Shown here one piece after another: positions 15,898 to 24,003 of a stretch of 38,906 nucleotides of DNA. The notes below the pieces were generated by a model, which worked only from the letters and a program-made list of their open reading frames with translations, was not told the origin of the DNA and searched no databases. Origin of the DNA: a virus (taxonomy: Duplodnaviria; Caudoviricetes); IMG/VR virus record IMGVR_UViG_3300030708_001600, positions 1 through 38,906 of that record, one strand, 5' to 3'. The position numbers were made by a program, and so were the translations under genes. Position 1 is the first letter of the stretch. Every line of letters starts with the position of its first letter.

Positions 15898-16382
15898 GTA
15901 TATTCTCACTAGTCAAAGAAGCTGCTGGAGACGAACCAAGATCATTTGGTTGGTATCGAGACAATGTGAAAACTCTTTTTAAGATAAGTGATCTATATGC
16001 TGATCTAGTACAACAGGAAGAGACGCTGAATCCTGTACCAGGACAGTTATACATGTTTGAATATCAAGCAGTCTATGCAGCAAGATTAAATTTCTATGAT
16101 AGATTCCCTCTTGTGTATATCACAGGTGGTGGAGATCCTTTTAGAGGTATCAATCTACATTATCTCGCATTGAGACCCAGATTGAATCTAGTATTAAACT
16201 TAGAGAACGGTGTTCTTGCAGGTGTTCCCAAAAGAGCATATCATAACTATCTACTCAAGGGGTTGGAAACTCCATTATACCTGATAAATAGTGATGATTA
16301 CAGAACTGCTGCCTTCCTACCCGTGGAGGACTTCGGCGGTACGAGTAAAACAGCAGTCTGGAACGGAGCAAAACAACAATGA
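15894..16382 (+). CDS. gp2: DNA end protector gp2
   Basis: PG.LYMF.Y, YDRFPLV, F.GINLHYL, FLPVE.F. Confidence 0.88.
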   Translation: MSIFSLVKEAAGDEPRSFGWYRDNVKTLFKISDLYADLVQQEETLNPVPGQLYMFEYQAVYAARLNFYDRFPLVYITGGGDPFRGINLHYLALRPRLNLVLNLENGVLAGVPKRAYHNYLLKGLETPLYLINSDDYRTAAFLPVEDFGGTSKTAVWNGAKQQ

Positions 16383-17131
16383 CCGTAGAGAGAGTATCAA
16401 ATCTAAACGTCTTAACAAATTATAATGAGTTCAAATCGAATGTCAGTAAGTTTGGCTATAGTATGGCCAACTTATATGATATTCAATTTGATGTGTATCA
16501 ATCTAGTGCATTGTATGCAGAACTTGCCTCAGACTTTGACTTAGCAACAGATGAGGGTAGTGCAACTCTAGGTGACATTCAACAGTTGATGAGGTTGTAC
16601 ACAACTGAGTGTACTATGCCTGGTGTCACTATGTCTGATAGTGAATACCGAATCACCAACACACCTCAGTTAAAATATGCCTATGGTGCAGTCTTTAATG
16701 AGTTTAGTGTTACATTTCTGATGGATGCAAACTCAAATATCAGGAAGTTGTTTGATAAGTGGACAAACGTCATTTATCCATATTCAGCATTCCAAGGTGC
16801 TGGTGATGGTGTTTTAAGAACTAGATATAAAGATGAGTACATTGCTGATATCACTGTAGTTAAATATGAAAGAGCAACTTCTTCTGTAAGGAATAGAAAC
16901 TTTGCCAATAATCTCCCAGGTAGAAGAATTATTCCAGATGGTGGGAGTAATGAAACTACTGGTTTTAAAGATAATGTTGCAGTTCATGCTGTAAGAATGA
17001 AGAATGCATTTCCAAAATCTATTGACTCAATGAGTCTTTCTTCTGATGCTGGTCAGATGACTCAGTTCTCTGTTTCATTTGAGTATGAGTCATTACAGAC
17101 TAGTACTCCTACCAGATCTGCCCTCAGATAA
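16379..17131 (+). CDS. tail-tube initiator gp54 / gp19-like protein
   Basis: R..FDKW, Y.DEY..DI...., NAFP.SI....LS, F.V.F.YE tube-fold motifs. Confidence 0.8.
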   Translation: MTVERVSNLNVLTNYNEFKSNVSKFGYSMANLYDIQFDVYQSSALYAELASDFDLATDEGSATLGDIQQLMRLYTTECTMPGVTMSDSEYRITNTPQLKYAYGAVFNEFSVTFLMDANSNIRKLFDKWTNVIYPYSAFQGAGDGVLRTRYKDEYIADITVVKYERATSSVRNRNFANNLPGRRIIPDGGSNETTGFKDNVAVHAVRMKNAFPKSIDSMSLSSDAGQMTQFSVSFEYESLQTSTPTRSALR

Positions 17132-17135
17132 ACCT

Positions 17136-17143
17136 TATAAATA
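17136..17143 (+). promoter_or_regulatory. T4-type late promoter for gene 26
   Basis: TATAAATA. Confidence 0.8.
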
Positions 17144-17168
17144 TTTTCAGATTATATTATTTGTTGTA

Positions 17169-17885
17169 ATGCCTTTACCAAAGCTAAACGCTCCAACATA
17201 TGAGTTGGCACTTCCTTCCACAGGAAAAAAGATTAGATACCGTCCTTTCCTAGTTAAAGAAGAAAAGATTCTTCTGGTTGCTATGGAGTCTGAGGATGAA
17301 AAACAAATGCAAGGAGCTGTAAAACAGATCCTAAAAAACTGCATTCTATCCAGAGGAGTTAAAGTAGATGATTTGTCAGTCTTTGACATTGAATATCTAT
17401 TCCTCAATATCCGTGGTAAGTCTGTTGGTGAAGAAGTTAAGTTGAATCTCATCTGTCCTGATGACAACGAAACTCAAGTCGAAGTGACTATTGATATCGA
17501 AGACATTCAAGTTCAAAAACCTGAAGGTCATGATCGTGTTGTGAAACTAACTGAGGAAGTTGCTCTGGTGATGAAGTATCCAAGTATGGAAACTTTTGTC
17601 AAGAATAACATCACAGGTGATGGTAATACTGTGGATAGTATCTTTGATCTTACAATCGGATGTATTGATCAAGTTGTAGAAGGTGAGGATGTATACGAAT
17701 CTAGTAGTTTTTCCAAGAAAGAACTATTAGAATTCATGGATAACATGGATAGTAATCAATTCCAGTCAGTTCAGAATTTCTTTGAAACGATGCCTAAACT
17801 ATCTCACACTGTTAAAATCACTAACCCCAAGACTGGTGTAAAGAGTGATGTTGTTATTGAGGGTCTACAGAGTTTTTTCGATTAG
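17169..17885 (+). CDS. gp26: baseplate hub assembly protein gp26
   Basis: MPLPK...PTYEL.LPSTG..I.YRPFLVKEEK.LL.A, FDIEYLFL.IR.KSVGE, EGLQSFF; start at ATG 17169. Confidence 0.95.
   Translation: MPLPKLNAPTYELALPSTGKKIRYRPFLVKEEKILLVAMESEDEKQMQGAVKQILKNCILSRGVKVDDLSVFDIEYLFLNIRGKSVGEEVKLNLICPDDNETQVEVTIDIEDIQVQKPEGHDRVVKLTEEVALVMKYPSMETFVKNNITGDGNTVDSIFDLTIGCIDQVVEGEDVYESSSFSKKELLEFMDNMDSNQFQSVQNFFETMPKLSHTVKITNPKTGVKSDVVIEGLQSFFD
17873..17879 (+). other. candidate -1 ribosomal frameshift heptamer (T TTT TTC)
   Basis: X XXY YYZ in the gp26 frame, one sense codon before the stop; -1 frame opens into gp51. Confidence 0.65.
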
Positions 17886-18064
17886 TTCTAGCTCACGAGT
17901 CCCTTGAAAACTATTACAGAACCAATTTTGTAATGGTCCAACATCACAAGTGGGACCTAGAACAATTAGAAAATATGATGCCTTGGGAAAGAGAAATTTA
18001 CGTTCAAATGCTTGTCGATTATATCGAAGAAGAAAATGAACGAATTAAAAGTCAACAAAGATAA
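17882..18064 (+). CDS. gp51: baseplate hub assembly catalyst gp51 (no start codon at the expected N-terminus; first ATG at 17933)
   Basis: Hand-translated LVLAHESLENYYRTNFVMVQHHKWDLEQLENMMPWEREIYVQML...; missed by the ORF track. Confidence 0.9.
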   Translation, partial: LVLAHESLENYYRTNFVMVQHHKWDLEQLENMMPWEREIYVQMLVDYIEEENERIKSQQR

Positions 18065-18067
18065 CTA

Positions 18068-20359
18068 ATGGCACTACCAGCAATTGCAGGAGCATTCACA
18101 AAAGGTCTACTAGGTGCAGGAGCACGTGGGGCGGCGACTGGTGGTGCGAGAGCTATGGCTGGTCAAGCAGCAAAAGGTGCTGCAAAACAAGGATTCAAGA
18201 AGTTTGCCCAAGGAATGACGGGCAGAACTTCAGGTGAGTATAAAGCAAGAGTTGATGGTATCAATCCAGAGACTGGGGAGTACTTAACACCAGAAGAAAG
18301 AAAAGCTAGATTCAAAGGATTTGCAACGGCAACTAAACCAGGATCTCAAAAATTAATATCTGGTGGACCAACACAGACTGTAGCTGCGTTACCACCCGCT
18401 GGTGGTGTTGGTGCTGATAGTACTTCTGATACTCAAACTAGGACGGTAAATCATCTGGAAAAAATCCAGATGTATCTAGAGAAGTTGTTAGGTATTGAAG
18501 AGAGTGCTTTAGCAAGACTCCAAGATAGAATTCTGGATACTGCTAGAGAAGATCAAAGAGATGCCGCTGCTTCAGAAGAAGCGGGGATGGAAGCTAAAAA
18601 AGATAAACCAAAGAAAACAAACCCCATTGTTCAGGGGATGAAGAAAAAGGCCCAAGGTATTTTTGGTCTATTGATGGACCTTGGGATGAAGTTTGTTGGA
18701 TTTAAAATTCTTGATTGGCTTAGTAATCCAGAGAACGAAGAAAAGGTTCAAAAGATTGTTGGGTTCTTCCAAGGAGTTGTTGGTTTCATCACAACTGTTG
18801 GTGGATTCTTAGGTGATGCATTTAATTTCTCTGTAGATGTTATCACACAGGGTATTGAAGGTATTAAGTTTATGGCCGGAAAGGTCAAAGACTTCTTCTC
18901 CTTTGAATGGTTAGATATTGACGCTCTCCTTGAACCATTACAACCAGTAATGGAATTTTTCACAATAACAATTCCTGAAGCGTTTGGTGGATTTATTGAC
19001 GGACTGGCGAATGTTGTCGATGCAATGGACAAACTACCAGAACAGTTCTCTGGAATTGTGGAGAAAATTGCTAGTGGTTTCTTAGGATTCCTAGGACTAG
19101 GACCAACTGATACACAAGATTTTCAACCGCCTGAAGAAAATACACCAATCCCAGACAATGGGTTTTTGAATAGTGACCCAGATCCTAAACCAACTCAACC
19201 AGAAGAAGATAAAAGAACAGTACAACAACAGGCAGCAGATGATAATGCCAAGACTATGGCTGCCATCAACAACCCATTCAGGGAAGGTGGTAGAATCACA
19301 GGTGGTACTCACGGTCAGGGTGGTGTTGATATCAATGCTGAAGGTGGTGAATATGTTCTAAACAGGAGAGCAGTCGCTGCTATCGGTGGAAGTGTCTTAG
19401 ATAGACTTAACTTCGGTATGTATCCAGCAGTTGGAAAATCAACTGGTAATGGAAAGTATGCTGCTGGCGGTGCTGTCAAACATCCATATTTAGAAAAACT
19501 TGATGACGCAAATATTAAAAAAGCATCTTCCCCTATGGGATATTGCGTTACTGGATCTCTTAATACTATGTCAAGAAGTGGAGTTCCAAATCCACCAGCA
19601 ACTGGAAGGGATGAAGGCAATAACCCTAGAGGTGCTATTGTTCAACTAATGAAATCTTTTGGTTGGAAAAGCATGGGTGGAAAATCTACTGAACTTAATA
19701 GTCCATATGGAAAAGTAAGAACAGGTGTTTATTCTAGAAATGAATATAATAATTTAGTTGACAAAGGAAAGGTTCCTTCTGGTGCTTTAGTATTCCAAAC
19801 CAAATATGATAGTTGGAATGGGACTGCACCAGGGTCTAGTGGTTATGATATGGCAATCGCTCAAAAGGGTGGTAAAGAACATTGGAATGGTCAACCAATG
19901 CCAAAATTTGTTTATGGATCTTTGACTAAGAAAGTTGTTGTTTTGACTCCTGATGGTAAACAAGGAGATGGTAGTGATGTTGACATGACACCATCAGCTG
20001 ATGGTTATACTGCACCAGTTTCTTCTTCTGGTTCTACTAATAATTCTTCCTCTGATTCTACTACCACTGAAACTAAACCCAAATTAAGTAAAGAAGCACT
20101 AATTCTGAATGCTGCAAATAGTTTGGCAGAAATGATGGGTGGTAAAGCAGTGAATACTGAAGACATCTTATCCAATCTTCAGAATGAAAACAATAGAGTT
20201 ACTGGGGAACAAGAATCCGCTGCAGAAACAACAACTGAAACAGTTAATTTGGATCAGTCTGGAAGTTTTCAGACTGGTATGGATGTTGATTATGATGTAC
20301 CATCTTTGGGTTTCAACTTCCCACCGTTCTATCAAGCATTCTTCCCACTTAATCCATAA
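18068..20359 (+). CDS. tape-measure/baseplate hub (gp29-like) protein with possible C-terminal cysteine-peptidase-like domain
   Basis: Follows 26/51; Ala/Gly-rich N-terminus, amphipathic helices, AEGGEYVLN..AV..IG...L..LN motif. Confidence 0.7.
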   Translation: MALPAIAGAFTKGLLGAGARGAATGGARAMAGQAAKGAAKQGFKKFAQGMTGRTSGEYKARVDGINPETGEYLTPEERKARFKGFATATKPGSQKLISGGPTQTVAALPPAGGVGADSTSDTQTRTVNHLEKIQMYLEKLLGIEESALARLQDRILDTAREDQRDAAASEEAGMEAKKDKPKKTNPIVQGMKKKAQGIFGLLMDLGMKFVGFKILDWLSNPENEEKVQKIVGFFQGVVGFITTVGGFLGDAFNFSVDVITQGIEGIKFMAGKVKDFFSFEWLDIDALLEPLQPVMEFFTITIPEAFGGFIDGLANVVDAMDKLPEQFSGIVEKIASGFLGFLGLGPTDTQDFQPPEENTPIPDNGFLNSDPDPKPTQPEEDKRTVQQQAADDNAKTMAAINNPFREGGRITGGTHGQGGVDINAEGGEYVLNRRAVAAIGGSVLDRLNFGMYPAVGKSTGNGKYAAGGAVKHPYLEKLDDANIKKASSPMGYCVTGSLNTMSRSGVPNPPATGRDEGNNPRGAIVQLMKSFGWKSMGGKSTELNSPYGKVRTGVYSRNEYNNLVDKGKVPSGALVFQTKYDSWNGTAPGSSGYDMAIAQKGGKEHWNGQPMPKFVYGSLTKKVVVLTPDGKQGDGSDVDMTPSADGYTAPVSSSGSTNNSSSDSTTTETKPKLSKEALILNAANSLAEMMGGKAVNTEDILSNLQNENNRVTGEQESAAETTTETVNLDQSGSFQTGMDVDYDVPSLGFNFPPFYQAFFPLNP

Positions 20360-22446
20360 TGGCAATCACAAGCGCTATCGTACCTTATCAGGCAAATAAA
20401 TCTTCTGCTATGGTTCAACCACAGCAGTCGATGAGTGCTATCGTGCCTATACAGAAAGAGACTGCAAAGAAAGCGGAAGTTACTGCAAGAGATGTAAGAG
20501 CGTCTGTACTTAGACTACTCAGAAAAAGACAACAGAGAGATAGATTAGAAGCAAAATATTATAATTTAGAAAAGACACTAAACGAAAGACAAAAAGCAAG
20601 AAAAGAAGAAAAGAAAAACGAATCCAAATCTTTACTTGGTAGCGTCGGTAGTGGATTTAGAGCACGTGCTAGAAAAGCTGGTGGTGATTTACTTGGTAGT
20701 ATTGGTAAACTACTTGGTTTCTTGGCACTGGATTGGTTATCTAAACCAGAAAATCAAGCTATCGTTAAAGGAATTGTATCTGGTGTGGGTGCAGTATTTA
20801 AATTTGTAGATTTCTGGGTTACTGGTTCAGTTGATAACTTACTATCTGGTTTCTCTCAATTCGTTGGGGGTGATACTATTTTAGAAAGAGTCTTAGGATT
20901 CTTCCAAATGGCTGCTGGTTTCTTTGGACTTAAGTATTTCCTAAAACCAAATCTTATCATCGATGATCTAACAAAAGTTATTAACTTCTTCAGAGAAGGT
21001 GGTGTTAGGAAGATTAAAATATTTCTAGAAAAAACTAAAAAGTATGGATTGAAGAAAGGACTTAAGTTTGCTTTCCCTAGACTTGCAAAAGTATTGGAGA
21101 AGTTTACTGGTATTGGTGGTAGAATTCTTAAAGGGATTAAAGAAAAACTTGGACTGAATAAAGCAGGTAATCTATTTGCAAAGATTGGTAATGCACTCCT
21201 AAGAAAAATGCCTGTTTTAAAGGTTGCTAAAAGGGCAATCTTTAAATTACTCCGACCTGTAACTGGATTCCTCAAAAGTATTCCATTTGTTGGTGGTCTG
21301 ATTTCTTTTGGTGTTAATATGCTTCTTGGTGATCCACCAGGAGAAGCTGGTATCAAGGCTATCGGTGGTTCACTTGGTAGTTGGATTGGTGCTGGTATTG
21401 GTTCTATTGTCTTCCCTGGAGTTGGTACGTTCCTCGGAGGATTGTTGGGTGGTCTCTTGGGTGACTTCATCGGTTCAAGATTCTATGATCTTCTGAAAGG
21501 TAAGAAAGCAAAGCAACCTACACCAGACGAAGAAGAAAGAATGGCATTGCTTAGAAGAAAAGCAGAATTGAAAAAAAGATATAGAAATAGAACTGAGGGT
21601 GCTATCCTTAAAATGCTTGCTGAAGAAAAGGGTATTACTGTCGAACAATTAAAAGAAAAATTAGCAGATAAAGTTGACAGACAAGGTGGCACAGATGGTA
21701 CTGCTGGCACTATCCCTCCAGCAGGATCAAATGCAAAGGCACTATTAAACACTATTAGATTTGCTGAAGGCACATCTGGTCCACAGGGTTATAACACTTG
21801 GTTTGGTGGATCACAATATGCAGGAGACCTATCACAATATACTATTAATGAGATAGTAGAATTACAGAAAAAGTTTTTAGCCGAAGGTCATGGTAGATTT
21901 GATGGTGGTCGTAAAAAATCTGCTGCTGTTGGTGCATATCAGATGATAAAACCAGAAGCATTTGCTGCAAAAGCAGGTTTAGATCCAGCAACAGCTAAAT
22001 TCACGCCAGAAAATCAAGACCTAATGGCTATTGCTGGATATATGAAGGGTCAAGCAGGAATGACTCAGGCAGAAATTGATGCCCCAATTAGTAGAGAACA
22101 GATTGCAAAAATGGCACCTGTATGGGCTTCTCTTCCTAATCTAGAAGGCAAAAGTGAGCACAATCAACCCGTAAAAAGTTTTGAAACACTGCAAAAAGTA
22201 TATAATAAAAGTTTAGCTGGTGGTCAAGGTGGTGGTCCTACTTCAATTCCTATGCAAAAACAATCTAATAATAGATTATCTGAAACCAGTATGGATGTAG
22301 TACAAAGTAAACGACGCAGACCTAGGAAAAAAGTAACAGTGATCGTCAACAACCAGGGTGATACATTGATTAGTGCTCAAAAAGTTAGTATGCTTGGTAC
22401 ATTAAATAGTACTAATAAACCTCAACTTGTTAAGAGAGGAATCTGA
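20359..22446 (+). CDS. tape-measure-like tail protein with lambda-type lysozyme domain
   Basis: Gly-zipper region, then ALLNTIRFAEG, AAVGAYQM, FTPENQD, WASLP. Confidence 0.85.
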   Translation: MAITSAIVPYQANKSSAMVQPQQSMSAIVPIQKETAKKAEVTARDVRASVLRLLRKRQQRDRLEAKYYNLEKTLNERQKARKEEKKNESKSLLGSVGSGFRARARKAGGDLLGSIGKLLGFLALDWLSKPENQAIVKGIVSGVGAVFKFVDFWVTGSVDNLLSGFSQFVGGDTILERVLGFFQMAAGFFGLKYFLKPNLIIDDLTKVINFFREGGVRKIKIFLEKTKKYGLKKGLKFAFPRLAKVLEKFTGIGGRILKGIKEKLGLNKAGNLFAKIGNALLRKMPVLKVAKRAIFKLLRPVTGFLKSIPFVGGLISFGVNMLLGDPPGEAGIKAIGGSLGSWIGAGIGSIVFPGVGTFLGGLLGGLLGDFIGSRFYDLLKGKKAKQPTPDEEERMALLRRKAELKKRYRNRTEGAILKMLAEEKGITVEQLKEKLADKVDRQGGTDGTAGTIPPAGSNAKALLNTIRFAEGTSGPQGYNTWFGGSQYAGDLSQYTINEIVELQKKFLAEGHGRFDGGRKKSAAVGAYQMIKPEAFAAKAGLDPATAKFTPENQDLMAIAGYMKGQAGMTQAEIDAPISREQIAKMAPVWASLPNLEGKSEHNQPVKSFETLQKVYNKSLAGGQGGGPTSIPMQKQSNNRLSETSMDVVQSKRRRPRKKVTVIVNNQGDTLISAQKVSMLGTLNSTNKPQLVKRGI

Positions 22447-23771
22447 TGTCAGGTCAAAACTTTGAAGGGGATTTTGAACTAAGAACTCTTAAGTTATATC
22501 CCGTAGTACAAAATTCATATGGCAATTCCATTGACATCAAAGATATTGTAGGTGAAATTACACTGAAGGAGAGTGTTCTTTCAGCTAGTTTGTACTGCAG
22601 TATTGTAGTTAAAGATATCGAGGAGAACCTCATTAGTAAACTACCAATGATGGGTCAAGAACGCATCGAAATGGTAGTACGAGCTGGTAGTAAACAAATA
22701 AAACAAGACTTCTACGTTTACAACATTGACGGTAGAGTCATGAAAGAAAAGAACCAGGGATATGTTCTTCATTGTTGTAGTCTAGAAGCATTAAAAAATG
22801 AGTCACAGAGAATTGTAAAAAGACTTGATGGTGTTAAAGCACACGAGTTTGTAGAAGAAAATCTTCGTACAATTACAAACAAAAAAATTAATGTAGAAGA
22901 GAGTCTACATAAGTTTGACATGTATATTCCTAACTGGAGATTATTTGATACATGTGCTTGGTTTAGAACTAGAACAGTTGCAACTGCACATAAAGATTCT
23001 GTAGGATATCTTTTCTGGGAATCTTTTGATGGGTTTAATTTTAAATCAGTAGATACATTGTTTGATCAAGATCCATATCCAAACAAAAGCACTAGATATG
23101 GTTTCGCACAAGGTAATACTGATCTCTCGGAGAGTAAATTTAGAATTATCAACTACGCTTCACCAAAAGTATTCAATGTATTTGATGATGCTAGATCTGG
23201 ATCTTTTGCTCATGATGCAATCTACATTGATCCAAATCATAGAACCGCCAGAATTTTCAGAACCACTGCAGATGACTTCTGGTCTAAGAGTAAACATCTC
23301 GGTGGTTTAAAGCCATATAGATCTGGAGGAAACTCCGAGGATCTGGTTGATTTTAGTAGAGGATCTGGACGAGTAGTTTACAGACCATCTACTATAAACA
23401 CATTCGGTAAGTGGAATAAAGATCAGCCAATTGGTGATAGGGATATGGTAGACGAATCAAATAAAATTTTTGAAAAGTCAATCTATAGATTCTATTTCAT
23501 GCAATATAACACATTAGATATTGCAGTTCCTGGTGATCTAGATGTTAGAGCAGGCAATCTTATTGATGTTGATATTCCAGAACCAAGAGTCAACAAAGAT
23601 GCCGTTAAAAAAGATAAGAGAATCAGTGGTAAGTACTTAGTTAACTCTGTAACTCATGTACTAAATAGAGATAAGTTGAGTACCAGAATTACTTTAACTA
23701 GAGACTCATTCGGTGGGACCAACATTGCGGACGACAAACGCACCGAAAAACAAGTAACTATAGGTAGCTAA
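22446..23771 (+). CDS. baseplate hub protein (gp27-like)
   Basis: LP..GQE.I, YLFWE..DGFNFKSVD.L, VPGD.....G, SGKYLV..V.H; precedes gp5. Confidence 0.8.
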   Translation: MSGQNFEGDFELRTLKLYPVVQNSYGNSIDIKDIVGEITLKESVLSASLYCSIVVKDIEENLISKLPMMGQERIEMVVRAGSKQIKQDFYVYNIDGRVMKEKNQGYVLHCCSLEALKNESQRIVKRLDGVKAHEFVEENLRTITNKKINVEESLHKFDMYIPNWRLFDTCAWFRTRTVATAHKDSVGYLFWESFDGFNFKSVDTLFDQDPYPNKSTRYGFAQGNTDLSESKFRIINYASPKVFNVFDDARSGSFAHDAIYIDPNHRTARIFRTTADDFWSKSKHLGGLKPYRSGGNSEDLVDFSRGSGRVVYRPSTINTFGKWNKDQPIGDRDMVDESNKIFEKSIYRFYFMQYNTLDIAVPGDLDVRAGNLIDVDIPEPRVNKDAVKKDKRISGKYLVNSVTHVLNRDKLSTRITLTRDSFGGTNIADDKRTEKQVTIGS

Positions 23772-23772
23772 C

Positions 23773-24000
23773 ATGGACAGTATCGAACAACACATCCAAA
23801 AGGACAAGGAGATTCTCGACAATCCCAACACAAATCCACAAATGCGTCGTCATGTAGAAGGAGAACTGCATGACTTAGAAGAGTACGCTGAACACCACAA
23901 AAAAGAAATTGAAGCTGGTGATCATCATGATCCAACATACTTAGAACTATTTTGTGATCAAAATCCATCCGAACCTGAGTGCCTAATTTACGACGACTGA
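23773..24000 (+). CDS. cp12: CP12 Calvin-cycle inhibitor
   Basis: C-terminal LELFCDQNPSEPECLIYDD. Confidence 0.95.
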   Translation: MDSIEQHIQKDKEILDNPNTNPQMRRHVEGELHDLEEYAEHHKKEIEAGDHHDPTYLELFCDQNPSEPECLIYDD

Positions 24001-24003
24001 TAA

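Noticed and set aside
20856-21470. 204-aa Pro-rich antisense ORF
   Set aside because: Reverse complement of Gly codons in the tape-measure-like gene.
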